DNA of 64,000 bases, from assembly GCF_006345805.1 (NCBI RefSeq), contig NC_043014.1, positions 6,758,001 to 6,822,000 of the forward strand. The letters run 5' to 3'. Each line of letters begins with the position of its first letter. The first letter of the stretch is position 1. Of this stretch, positions 36,241 to 50,785 are shown one piece after another. Source of the DNA: Octopus sinensis (lineage: Eukaryota). The notes beneath the pieces were generated by a model that was not told the DNA's origin, searched no databases, and was given only the letters and a program-made list of their open reading frames with translations. The position numbers and the translations under genes are program-made.

Positions 36241-37870
36241 GTTTCGCTTCTTGTGGAAAGGATGCGTCCCGATGGTCAGGCGATCCATTTGCTGTCAACA
36301 CCCATTAAAAGGAGGGCTGGGCATGCCGTGGTTGATGATGCGCAGACACACACGCTCTGAACTGCGACATCTCTGGCTCTATGTAGACGACGGTGAACAG
36401 GTGTGGTCGCCGTTTGTGAGGCACGCTTTCCCGCAGCTCGTCTCCATGACCGAACTGCAGTCGTGGATCAAAAGAGGCCGAAGAAGGGCGAATGGCACCA
36501 CGAGTGTCGCGTTGCTCTCAAGCAACTCTGCCGTCCTGGGTCGACCTTGAGTGACTTCAACACAACCAAAGCATTCTATATAGGGGTTTAGTGGAGGGGA
36601 GGTACGACGACGAGCTCGGGGCGACCTGGACGTCGACGAGGAGTACCTGACCCGCCTGTTCAGGACGACTTTCGGGCCAGGCCCATGGACAACTTCCAGA
36701 GATCCCTGGCCTGGCAGTGCTACCGAGAAGCGCTACCCGTTCGGGATAAGCTCTACAGACACGGCTCGAGAAACACGGGGCCGACCTGCCCGAGATGCGG
36801 TCAGAGCGACGAAACCGTTCTGCACGCACTCGTGCAGTGTCCAACAATTTCCGACCTGTGGGCTTGTGTCGAACAACTGCTGTCACGTGTGGGACGAGTC
36901 GGTTTATCAGCTGAGTCTATCGTTAATATTGTCACGCCTCCCTCCTTCAAACGGGAAGGAAGAGCTATTTTCATCATCCTTGTGGTTATGGCGAAAGAAT
37001 GTATCTGGTGGACGCGTCTGAAAGGATTGGAGACAAACACTTTCCTCTCTGGTCAATCTCTCATCAACTTCTTCAAGTACCACTTGAAAAGGAAAGTGAG
37101 AGTAGAGAGGCAAGTTTTGTCTAGCGAATGTTTTAAAAAAAGATGGGTGAATGTAGCAAGAATGGCACGTATGAATGACGAAGCCACCTTGAGCATGATC
37201 CTATGAACCCAGAAATTGAAAACAGAGAGTTGCTTATTTGCAAAAAAAAAAAAAAAAAGAAATATAACATGTGACTCCATTGACCGAGGTTACCGTGGTC
37301 TTTTCCGTAGGCTTTTCTTTCCACGGGTAAACCTCACCTGTCCTCCCCTTTACACTTCATATTGACATTTCTGTGATAACGATCCCTATTGATCAAATTT
37401 TTTTTTTTTTTTTTTTTCAACCTTCAAAAGAAAAGCTCTACCTTGTAATTTGTTCTATCTGTGTGCAGCCCTGTGTGGCTAATAAAGAAACATATCTGTA
37501 TATCTTTCTTTCTATCAACCTCTCTACAGAGAGTTGCTTATTTGCAAAAAAAAAACAAATATAACATGTGACTTCATTGACCGAGGTTACCGTGGTCTTT
37601 TCCGTAGGCTTTTCTTTCCAAGGGTAAACCTCACCTGTCTTCCTCTTTACACTTCATATTGACATTTCTGTGATAACGATCTCTATTGATCAATTTCTTT
37701 TCCTTTCCCCCTTTTTGTTGTGTTTTAATTTTATCCCCCTCTTTCTTTCCTTTGACGATCCCTTTTGGTCGAAAACCAAACCGCCTTTTTTTTTACCCCC
37801 CAAAGAAAAGCTCTACCTTGTAATTTGTCCTGTCTGTGTGCAGCCCTGTGTGGCTAATAAAGAAACATAT
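36241..37870 (+). mobile_element. 5'-truncated Tx1/L1-clade LINE: ORF2 C-terminus with zf-RVT plus duplicated 3'UTR
   Basis: GGLGMP, then LAWQCYREALPVRDKL..CPRCGQSDETVLHALVQC..KECIWWTR; stop at 37204-37206; frameshifts upstream. Confidence 0.9.
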
Positions 37871-37942
37871 CTATCTATCTACCTACCTATTTTTCTGTAT
37901 ATCTTTCTTTCTATCAACCTCTCTCTCTCGATCCATCCATCC

Positions 37943-38003
<61 letters not shown>

Positions 38004-38008
38004 CCTAC

Positions 38009-38112
<104 letters not shown>

Positions 38113-38827
38113 TTATCTACCTTGTTCTGTACCAATAAATCTTTCAAATACACTTAATCTCTTACATGCATTAAAATTTAAAACTTCTAAGACTTTTATA
38201 TCGATAAAACCATTACAGAATATTAAAACCCTCCTCATACTTACCTCTGCTCCATTATTCTTTTTTACTGCATTTTTCCTTGTTTTATTTCATTTCATTT
38301 TATTTCATTTTATTATTATATTTTTGTTTGGTTTTTATTTCATTTTTATTTATCTTCAACCCCCTGCATTTACCCCCTTAATCTCCCTTACTAACGACAT
38401 TATCCTGTTATTTTACTATACAACAATTGAAGTATATGGACAAATATATATATAAGAATCAATAAAGCAGATATACGTTAGAAACTGAACATGTGTGATT
38501 GTAAAACGGTTTACGGCGTGCTTTCGAGACATAAATATTTATTTTGTATGATTTACAAATATCGTATATCAATTTTCGTCCCGTTCGACCCGGTGGTCTT
38601 CTCCACTCACCACCATTCAACCCTCGGCTTTTGTTTTCTCCCGTTGCCGTGTGGCTGTGTGGTAAGTAGCTTGCTTACCAACCACATGGTTCCAGGTTCA
38701 GTCCCACTGCGTGGCATCTTCGGCAACTGTCATCTACTATAGCCTCGGGCCGACCAAAGCCTTGTGAGTGGATTTGGTAGACGGAAACTGAAAGAAGCCT
38801 GTCGTATATTTGTATATAAATAGGCGT

Positions 38828-39198
38828 AGGAGTGGCTGTGTGGTAAGTAGCTTGCTTACCAACCACATGGTTGCGGGTTCAGTCCCACTGCGTGGCATCT
38901 TGGGCAAGTGTCTTCTGCTATAGCCCCGGGCCGACCAAAGCCTTGTGAGTGGATTTGGTAGACGGAAACTGAAAGAAGCCTGTCGTGTATATGCATATAT
39001 ATATATGTGTGTGTGTTTGTCCCCCTAGCATCGCTTGACAACCGATGCTGGTGTGTTTACGTCCCCGTAACTTAACGGTTCGGCAAAAGAGACCGATAGA
39101 ATAAGTACTGGGCTTACAAAGTCCTGGGGTCGATTTCCTCGACTAAAGGCGGTGCTCCAGCATGGCCGCAGTCAAATGACTGAAACAAGTAAAAGAGT
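38828..39198 (+). mobile_element. Family A SINE, full length, preceded by a partial head copy at 38650-38812
   Basis: Matches family A consensus seen elsewhere in the window. Confidence 0.9.
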
Positions 39199-39419
39199 AT
39201 TTTCTTTTTATCTTTTATTTCGTTCAGTCATGAGACTGCGGCCATGCTGGGGCACATCCTTCAAGAGAATTTCGAGGCCAAGTACTTACTGGCGTTATTT
39301 TATCAAAGTTATTGTTTGTAAAGCCTGCCACTTAATCTATTAGTATCTTTTGCCGAACCGCTAAGTTACAGGGATGTAGACACACCAACGGGTTGTCAAG
39401 CGGTGGTAGGTGACACAGA

Positions 39420-42305
39420 CACAAAGACATACTTACACACACACACGCGCGCACTCATACATACATACAAACATACATACATACATACATACAAACATAC
39501 ATACATACATACATACATACATACATACATACAAACATACATACATACATACACACATACACACATACATACATACATGCATACATACATACATACATAC
39601 ATACATACATACATACATACATACATACAAACATACATACATACATACATACACACATACACACATACATACATACATGCATACATACATACATACATAC
39701 ATACAAACATACATACATACATACATACATACATACATACATACATACATACATACATACATACATACACACATACATACATACATGCATACATACATAC
39801 ATACATACATACATACATACATACACAATATATACATACATACATACATACATACATACACACATACATACATACATACATACATACATACATACATACA
39901 TACACTCATACATACATACAAACATACATACACACATACACACATACATACATACACTCATACATACATACAAACATACATACACACATACACACATACA
40001 TACATACATACATACATACATACATACATACAAACATACATACATACATACACACATACACACATACATACATACAGCATACATACATACATACATACAT
40101 ACACACATACATACATACATACACAATATATACATACATGCATACATACATACATACATACATACATACACACATACATACATACATACATACATGCATA
40201 CATACATACATACATACATACATACATACATACACACATACATACATACATACATACATACAAACATACATACATACATACATACAAACATACATACATA
40301 CATACATACATACACTCATACATACATACAAACATACATACATACATACATACACACATACATACATACATACACACATACATACATACATACAAACATA
40401 CATACATACATACATACATACACTCATACATACATACAAACATACATACATACATACATACACACATACATACATACATACACACATACATACATACATA
40501 CAAACATACATACATACATACATACATACATACATACATGCATGCACACATACATACATACATACATACATACATACATACATACATACATACATACAAC
40601 ATACAAACATACATACTTACACACACACACGCGCGCACTCATACATACATACAAACATACATACATACATACAAACATACATACATACATACATACAAAC
40701 ATACATACATACATACACACATACATACATACATGCATACATGCATACATACATACATACATACATACATACACACATACATACATAAAAACATACATAC
40801 ATACATACATACATACACACATACATACATACATGCATACATGCATACATACATACATACATACATACACACATACACACATACATACATACAAACATAC
40901 ATACATACATACATACAAACATACATACATACATACAAACATACATACATACATGCATACAAACATACATACATACATACACACATACATACATACATGC
41001 ATACATGCATACATACATACATACATACATACATACATACACACATACACACATACATACATACAAACATACATACACACATACATACATACACACATAC
41101 ATACATACATGCATACATGCATACATACATACATACATACATACATACATACATACACACATACACACATACATACATACAAACATACATACATACATAC
41201 ATACATACAAACATACATACATACATACAAACATACATACATAGATATATACACACATACATACATACATACATACACACACACATACACACACACATAC
41301 ATACATACATACATACAAACATACATACATACATACATACATACATACATACTTTGATACTTTGATAGATTTCGGCCATTATTGGCCCAGGCCATGTCTA
41401 ACTTAATAGCACCACCTGGTGCTAACATACATACATACATACATACATGCATTCATACATACATACATACACACATGCATACATACAAACATACATACAT
41501 ACACACATACATACATACATACATACATACATACATACATACATACATACATACATACACACACACATACATACACACATACATACATACAAACATACAT
41601 ACATACATACACACACACATACATACATACATACATACATACATACATACATACATACATACATACAAACACACACATACATACATGCATACATACTACA
41701 TACATAACATACATACATACATACATACACACATACACACACACATACATACATACATACATATATACATACAAACATACATACATACATACAAACATAC
41801 ATACATAGATATATACACACATACACACACACATACATACATACATACATACATACATACATGCATACATACATACATACATTCATACATACATACATAC
41901 AAACATACATACATACATACACACATACATACATGCATACATACATACATACATGCATACATACATACATATACACACACACACACATACATACACACAT
42001 ACACACACACATACATACATGCATACATACATACATACACACATACACACACACATACATACATACATACATACATACAATACATACATACATACACACA
42101 TAGATACATACATACACGCATACATGCATGCATACATACACACACATACATACATACATACATACACATATGCACACACACATACTCACACACACATTCA
42201 TACATACACACATACATACATACATACATACATACATACATACACATATACTCACACACACACATACACACACACACACACACCACACACACACACACAC
42301 CACAC
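39420..42305. repeat. About 2.9-kb (ATAC)n satellite-like array
   Basis: Source of all HTYI/MYVC ORFs. Confidence 0.97.
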
Positions 42306-42558
42306 ACAACCAGAGCAGACGGCAAACGATCTCGCAATGAGTGTCTGCGAGAAGTCAGCTACGACATCGAGGAATTGACGGCGTATATATTGGCTGATAA
42401 AGAACACAGACCGATGGAGGACCGACCATTATTTGGAGCATTGAAAATGAAAAGGGAGATCCTTTCTTTCTGGATGCTCCAGGTGGGGCTGGCAAGACGT
42501 TTGGCATCAACCTTCTCCTGGCTCAACTGCGCCGAATGAAGCACATTATGAGGAGAGA

Positions 42559-42876
42559 GGAAGCACTCCGTCGGTTACGACGACGAGGGTTCCGGTTGAT
42601 CCGAATCAACGGAACAGCCTGCTCGTGAAATTAACGTGTAAGTGGCTGAGCACTCCACAGACACGTGTACCCTTAACGTAGTTCTCGGGGATATTCAGCG
42701 TGACACAGAGTGTGACAAGGCCGGCCCTTTGAAATACAGATACAACAGAAACAGGAAGTAAGAGTGAGAGAAAGTTGTGGTGAAAGGGTACAGCAGGGAT
42801 CACCACCATCCCCTGCCGGACCCTCGTGGAGCTTCAGGTGTTTTCGCTCAATAAACACTCACAACGCCCGGTCTGG
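42559..42876 (-). mobile_element. Family E body with family D tail, 5'-truncated
   Basis: Full-length equivalent at 48567-48947. Confidence 0.8.
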
Positions 42877-43002
42877 AACAGCTGCAACTCTGCTAAGTGG
42901 TGGCCACTCACCTCATTCCTGTTTCAGACTCCCTTTAGACCTGTCCAAGAAAGAGAAGGCAATCAGCAACATCAGTCGTGGTTCTATAGGCAAATTTCTA
43001 TA

Positions 43003-43407
43003 GGCGGCGAGCTGGCAGACACGTTAGCACGCCGGGCGAAATGCTTAGAGGTATTTCGTCTGCCGCTACATTCTGAGTTCAAATTCCGCCGAGGTCGACT
43101 TTGCCTTTCATCCTTTCGGGGTCGATTAAATAAGTACCAGTTACGCACTGGGGTCGATATAATCGGCTTGATCCCCTTGTCTGTCCTTGTTTGTCCCCTC
43201 TACGTTTAGCCCCTTGTGGGTAGTAAAGAAATAGGTATTTCGTCTGCCGCTACGTTCTGCGTTCAAATTCCGCCGAGGTCGACTTTGCCTTTCATCCTTT
43301 CGGGGTCGATAAATAAAGAACCAGTTTCGCACTTGGGTCGATATAATCGGCTTAATCCCTTTGTCTGTCCCCTCTACGTTTAGCTCCTTGTGGGCAGTAA
43401 AGAAATA
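43003..43407 (+). mobile_element. Family B SINE dimer with 15-bp TSD
   Basis: TATAGGCAAATTTCT at 42985-42999 and 43408-43422. Confidence 0.9.
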
Positions 43408-44367
43408 TATAGGCAAATTTCTGAGTGAATGCCGGTTGATCTTCTGGGATGAAGCGACGATGAGCCATAAGGTTTCCTTTAAAGCTCTTGGCATGGCCCT
43501 TCAGGATCCGAGACACAACACCAAGCTCATAGGAGATGCCACAGACTTGCTTGCAGAAACTTTAGACAAACCCTTCCCGTGGTTCCAAAGGGGACAAGAG
43601 CTGATGGGTAAATGCCAGCATAATGTCGTCCTACCTTTGAATTAGTGTGCAAAAGCTATGACTTACAATCAACATGAGTGCAGCTCAATGATGATGCAGA
43701 CAGAACGTAGGCAATGGCACTTTGGTTGGCGAGAAGGATAGCCAGGTAAGCTTGACTTTTGGACATATGGTATCTGATTTAAAGGAACTAATGAATAAGG
43801 TGTTTCCTAACTTGAGGAATCAATTTACAGACCACGACTGGCTGAAAACTCGCGTCATTTTAGCGCCAAAGAATGTGGCAGTTGATGATTTGAACATCAA
43901 ATTTCTGGAACAGTTGCCAGGTGAGCTCGGCGGAATTTGAATCCAGAACGTAACAGCAGACGATTCTGAGTTCAAATTTCGCCGGGGTCGACTTTGCCTT
44001 TCGGGTCAATTAAATAAGTACCAGTTACGCACTGGGGGTCGATGTAATCAACCTAATCCCTTCGTCTGTTCTTGTTCGTCCCCTCGGGCAATAAAGAAAT
44101 AATAATGTGGTGTTGGCTGTTCATGTTTTGATGAAGTATATATACAATATATATATATATACAATATATTTATATACAATATATATATACAAAATATATA
44201 TATATACAATATATATATATATACAAAATATATATATATTACAATATTATATATATATACAATCTATATATATATATACTATATATTTACATATTATATA
44301 TATATTATATATATATATTATACACATATACAATACATATAATATATATATGTATATAAAAATATAT

Positions 44368-44400
<33 letters not shown>

Positions 44401-44446
44401 TATATATAATATTATATATTATATATATATTATATATATATATAAT

Positions 44447-44491
<45 letters not shown>

Positions 44492-44839
44492 ATATAATAT
44501 ATATTATATATATAAAGCTAGTGGTTAAGACGTTGCTCTCACAACCGCGAGAACGTGGTTTCAGTTCTTAAACCGGGTGGTGCATTGTTTTTTTGTGGGT
44601 TTTTTTGCCCTGTGAACACTTCATACTTTTATCTGATCAGGTACTTAAACACACGTCATGTTCTGATGCAATCGATGCTACACGTATAAAACGTGGGCAC
44701 GCAAACGAAGCTGCTCTAGTTGAAGAGGTTTTAGTGTTGATGAGCAAACAAAAGGTTTTTTAAAACGTATAACCAGCTTTTCTGCTATGGTTTATCAATG
44801 ATGTGGAAAAATATATTTTAAGCAGGTGATAGGAGGAAA

Positions 44840-47200
44840 ATCTATATATATATAAACGGCAAAATATCAATGAGAAGCGCTTTGTGACTGTCAACAGGCA
44901 TATTTCAGGGCGATAAGTTTATCGGTGATGTTTGTCACGAACCCCTTCTCAGTGAATCTCGTGTTATCCAAAATGTCAAGGCTACATGCTGAGGTATACA
45001 GAAAAGAATAACAAACAAGAACTATTATCTCTCTCTATATAAACGGTTTGTGTGTGTGTGTGTGTCCTTTATACAAATCCACAATTTTTCAGTTAGAGGC
45101 TCCCACTTTCTATGGCCATTCAAACCGTCCAAGGGTGGTCGTGCACAGCTCTGGCTAAAACCAGTAAAAGATAAAAGATATATTATATTATATATATATA
45201 TATATATCTATATATATATATATATATATATAAACGGCAAAATGTCTGTGTGTGTGTCCTTTATACAAATCCACAATTTTTCAGTTAGAGGGCTTGCACT
45301 TTCTATGGTTATTCATACCGTCCAAGGGTGGTCGTGCACAGCTCTGGGCTAAAACCAGTAAAAGATAAAAGATATATATATATATCTCTTATTATAAAAG
45401 GCATATTTTATCTGCCTCTCTTTGTCAGTTATAGAAATCTACAATATAGGATTTCTTCAATTACAATTTACCTAGCATTTTTAAGAGTAGAATGCATCGG
45501 GTCATGCCAGGTCCAGTTTTTAAAATTTAAACTCCAATTAAGCAAAATTTACAGAAAACTCACATTCTGGTGTGTATGTCAAATGCTTTTCTTAATGTGG
45601 TTTACACCACAACGCACACGCACACACACAGTGTGCAACGATAAAATGAAACTAATTCACTGTGTGTGTGTTGACAGGTAGACAATAGAATGCGATGGCG
45701 ATGTAATATTGTTTCTGTCTATCACGCTGATAGATACATGAGTAAAATGTATGGCAAGCTAAGAGATAAGAGTGAGTGAAAATGTTCTTGGAAGAGAGTA
45801 AATAGCGACAGAGTGATTTGAGGAAGACTAAACTGAAAGTATGAAACAGTGTTTATGTATAAACAGACGACACTATATATAGTTATTAATAAATGTATGC
45901 ATCCGTTTAACCCTTTCGTTACCAAACCGCCCGAATTTACTTATTCATATTTAAATGAGATATCAGAGTAAATCTCTTTAGTACATTCGTGAAAACACGT
46001 ATTATACTTCGTAAACACTTCAAATACAGTTTTGTACAAAAATCGAAGTGTAATTTTAATTCCGTGAATTATGGGAGATTTTTTTCCGAAATTTGTTCCT
46101 ATTGTGTTTTCAAAATTTGTAATTCTGACAAAAAATGGATACGAATTTCATTATATCAAGCAGCGAGTCAGAATTCGAAGGATTTTCTACTGAAGACCTT
46201 CATAAATCTAACTCTATGACTGAAAAAAAAAGCATCTTTATATAAGAGTGAAGTTGTGTGTCTGTCTCCTACGATTTAGATTCGTAACTACTCCCACATT
46301 TTGCGGTGCAGTTTAACCAAAAGCGGGTATCTTATAGTCGTGATTCATATCGAGCCCTTCTGAGTATTAGCGCGCGTCTACGATGAGTCTAAGATTTTAA
46401 AAAAATTTACCATCATATTTTTCCATTTTAATGCATTTTTTCGCTTTTATATAAGGGAAGTAACTCTCTAAAAATATCTATGATGTGTCAACGATTTTTA
46501 AAAAAATTTACCTTAATTTTTTTTCAATTTTTAATGCATTTTTTTTGCTATTTTTTGGCTATAACTCTCTAAAAATGCTTATATAGTTATTTCCCTTACA
46601 AATCCGAGCAACGCCGGGCGATACTGCTAGTATATATATATAAACGGCAAAATGTCTGTGTGTGTGTCCTTTATACAAATCCACAATTTTTCAGTTAGAG
46701 GGCTCGCACTTTCTATGGTCATTCAAAACCGTCCAAGGGTGGTCGTGCACATCTTTACATTTCCCCAGTCACCCCGCAAAGCCATTAAAAAATCAATAGA
46801 AGTTACTTTTTTGTGAATTTTGTATCCAAAACCCAATCAAAATACCCGAAACTTGATACGCCAATTGAATGCCAGCTAGCTGTATGTGATTGATCGGAGA
46901 TTTAAACAGTACTCGCATGTATGTGCGCACGCACGCAGCTGTATATGCATGCACCAGCACTATGACCCGGCGTTGCCGGATCATAGTGCTAGTATTCGAT
47001 AAAAAGAGATGTAAATGTCTCCAAAAACCACTAATTTTGATGTTCTGATCAAAATTGCAAAAGACTGGAATGTGATATTTATCCGAGAAACAGGGATTAC
47101 ACCACATGGAACCAGAAATGTAAGTGGATGTGTGTTTCATATCAACCCAATCAATCTTACAAATTCTTAATATTATCATTTAAACTACAGACATATTTGG
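44840..47200 (+). mobile_element. Cluster of non-autonomous Helitron pieces; complete copy at 46235-46630
   Basis: Repeated TCT(A)TATATAAACGG 5' ends; A|TC...CCGAGCAACGCCGGG...CTAG|T. Confidence 0.75.
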
Positions 47201-47555
47201 GTAGTGAAAGAGCAAAACACCTTTTTGAGTAAATATATACGTACACCTTACATTCTTTGTGTCACTAGAGCCTATAAACCACATTAAAAAAAAAAGAAGT
47301 GTTACGGATTTTAAAGCAGGACATTATGTTCTGATTTCAAATACCGTGCAGTCAAATGGAAAAATTGTTAGACCAAAATACGTTGCGGTATTGTTCCAGC
47401 TTTTTACATTCTGAATTCATACCTTTGCTCCGATAAAACAAGATACCAATCAACGATTGGAATGGATGTCTGCGACTAACTCTCCTACAAATTTCAGACC
47501 TTGTGTCTACTCTAGAGACAGTATCGCAGTATAGACAACTCAAAAAAGCTCTTAA

Positions 47556-48029
47556 CCCTTTCGATACCAACCCGGCTGAAACCGGCTCTGGCTCTGTTGT
47601 ACAAATGTCTTGTTTTCATAAGTTCTGAATTAAAATCGTCCACCAAACCTTAGTCCCAATTTATGTTCCTAACACTAACTTAATGATAACTAAGTTATTT
47701 TACTAAATACTTTCTTGTATTTAAAATTAATAGATAGAAACACAGAGCATCTCAACAGAAATATGGTAACAAAAGAGTTAAAATATATAATAGAGAAACA
47801 ATTCTTAACCCTTTTGATACCAACCTGGCTGAAACCACCTCTGGCTCTGAATACAAATGTCTTGTTTTCATAAGTTTTGAATTAAAATCTTCCACCAAAC
47901 CTTAGTCACAATTTATGTTCCTAACACTAGTTCAATGATAACTAAGTTATTTTACTAAATTCTTTGTTATGTTTAAAATTAATTGAAAGAAACACAGAGC
48001 ATCTCAAAATAAATACAGTAACGAGAGGG
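47556..48029. mobile_element. Two adjacent TTAA-flanked MITEs (47556-47777 and 47809-48029)
   Basis: TTAA|CCCTTT... ...(A/G)GG|TTAA termini; near-identical bodies. Confidence 0.8.
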
Positions 48030-48039
48030 TTAAACAACA

Positions 48040-48385
48040 CCAGTCGCAATGCGGTTCCAATTCTGTCTTGATTGTGCCATCATTTTCCATCTTGACACAA
48101 ACTGTTTAACGAGATCGTCTTCCCAACATCGTAGAGGCCATTCAAGTTGCCTTTCTCCGATCTCTTGCATATCACCCAGTAACTGTAATGGTTCACCAGT
48201 TGTCTGTTACGCTTGCGACTTCCTCGACCCAGTGGAACTTGTGCTTTCGGTATTCTGTGACCGCATCTTCCACTCTGCACCATTCTTGAATTACCTCATT
48301 TCGATTATGTTCTAATAATGATAATCCTAGCATGGATCTTTCCATGGTCTTTGCGTCGTAACCATATTCTATGGTTCATATCCCG
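48040..48385 (-). mobile_element. RTE LINE ORF2 3' fragment
   Basis: MERSMLGLSL..RNEVI..KFHW...WEDDLVK..WKMMAQSRQNW. Confidence 0.75.
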
Positions 48386-49435
48386 GCATCGATAAAACGA
48401 TAAATATACCAGTCAAGAGTTGAAACCGGTGGTAGCGTCTAACTTCCTCCCACAAATTTCATGCTTTGTGTATATTCCAGAAACAATTATTATTAAATCA
48501 AGGGAGAGTTTACGAAAAAAACAAAAGACGAAGACAGGTGGTATACAAAACAAATGGAATGGAATGGAAGCACTCCGTCGGTTACGACGACGAGGGTTCC
48601 GGTTGATCCGATCAACAGAACAGCCTGCTCGTGAAATTAACGTGTAAGTGGCTGAGCACTCCACAGACACGTGTACCCTTAACGTAGTTCTCGGGGATAT
48701 TCAGCGTGACACAGAAAGTGACAAGGCCGGCCCCTTGAAATACAGGTACAACAGAAACAGGAAGTAAGAGTGAGAGAAAGTTGTGGTGAAAGAGTACAGC
48801 AGGGATCACCACCATCCCCTGCTGGAGCGTCGTGGAGCTTTAGGCGTTTTCGCTCAATAAACACTCACAACGCCCGGTCTGGGAATCGAAACCACGATCC
48901 TACGACCGCGAGTCCGCTGCCCTAACCACTGGGCCATTGCGCCTCCACAAATAGATATATTAGTATAACGCTCAGGAATAGAAGAAGTCTTTTAGATTTC
49001 GAGCCTACGCTCTTCTACGGAAAGGGACACAGAAAAAAAACAAGGAGAGAAAAAAAATGTGTGTAGTGGCTAACGATCTATCATGACCACTATTATTAAA
49101 TCAAGTTGGATTGTCTCCACCTTTGATTGTCTTCTCATCAAATCTTACCACCGACTAGATGGTTATTAAAACAATCATTTTCATATTTTTAAGAACCACT
49201 CCCTCGACATTCTAGAAGAGCTTTAGAACACAACATGAAACAGAATTAATTATTCTAAATCTTGCCACTAAGTGTGAACGTTAAATTTTGTATTTACTTA
49301 GCAAAGTGGTATTGAACGAGAAGTAAGTGAAAATACAAATATTTATTATGCGTCAATTATATGCGTATCATTCACATATTAAACATTGTACAATTCTAAA
49401 GTGCTAATTCCCTTACCACCAGCAACAGCTTCAGC

Positions 49436-49467
<32 letters not shown>

Positions 49468-49541
49468 CACGCAACTGTTTTTCTTCCCTACATGAGGGTG
49501 GATGTATGTATAATATATAGGTTCATGATAACTAAATATAC

Positions 49542-49574
<33 letters not shown>

Positions 49575-49720
49575 ATATAATACATACAGGGAGATGCATA
49601 TGTATTTGTGTATGTAGTCAAGAACAGTGTATGTGCATACACAACACACACCACACACACACATATATATATTATTATATATAATAGTTGTGTATTGTAA
49701 GTATAGGTACAGATAAACAA

Positions 49721-49830
<110 letters not shown>

Positions 49831-50664
49831 GTGTGTGTGTGTGTATATATATATATATTATATAAAATCTGTTCTTTCTGTGTGTGTGTGTCTTCTAGGA
49901 TCTTGGGCATTCTCCATCCGATTGCGCTCAAATTTGATATGTAGATACCGACGGTATCAGGTCGTGTATAAGTCTTGAAAAAATTACAAAAATCCACTCC
50001 AGGTGAGAATACGATCGATAAAGCTGTGGGAACGTGCATTTGTACGCGCAAGTACATCAGCTGCTGCCACTAGCTTTTCCATGCCCTTGAACACCCCGTA
50101 AAGTAAGTTAGCTTAAAATTAGTTACTTAGTTCCCTAGGTTGTTGCTTTTCATCAAAAATCGCCCCAAGTTAATTTCCTACATGTTTTATCGGATAAACT
50201 TATTATTGTCCCAGGTACGTTCTCATAAATTCATCATGCTTTTCCATCTAGAATAACCTCCAGCTAACCCATTTGCATGCATCGTTTTTGTCCTGCTTTT
50301 CTTCAGTCAACCTGTACATAACTGCACCTTCCATTTTTTGTTGTTTTTGTACTGCTTAAAGGCACGTTTCTTTCCTGCCAAGCTTACTGTTTAAACCATG
50401 TTTGTGTTCTCCCAGTCTACAGCCTTATCATTACTGGTACTTTAAACTCTTCGGTTGCATATTTGTGTGAATAAAATCGTTTTTCTTTGGAATAGAAAAA
50501 AAGTCTATCTTTATTTCTTCTTTTGCTGGTGTCTCAAATTTAGATTAAATCAGTGTTTCGCAAAGGGGAGGCCCATGGGACGGTCGGACAAGTTGTTTGA
50601 GAAAATTTGGTTTAAAATGTTTGACACTCAGCACTGTCCATTGGACGGGGAGCGTTTTTTGCTC

Positions 50665-50703
<39 letters not shown>

Positions 50704-50718
50704 TTATATATATATTAT

Positions 50719-50750
<32 letters not shown>

Positions 50751-50785
50751 TTATATATATATATTATATATATATATCATCATTG

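Larger units (their letters stand above)
42310..43925 (+). pseudogene. Helitron RepHel PIF1-helicase fragment, interrupted by two SINE insertions
   Basis: FLDAPGGAGKTF (Walker A), GTAATLLSGG..HSCFRLPL, LIFWDEATMSHK (Walker B), VFPNL..RVILAPKN. Confidence 0.9.

Noticed and set aside
39396-42539. Long ORFs up to 651 aa (HTYI/MYVC repeats)
   Set aside because: Stop-free translations of (ATAC)n; only the last ~75 codons overlap the Helitron helicase remnant.
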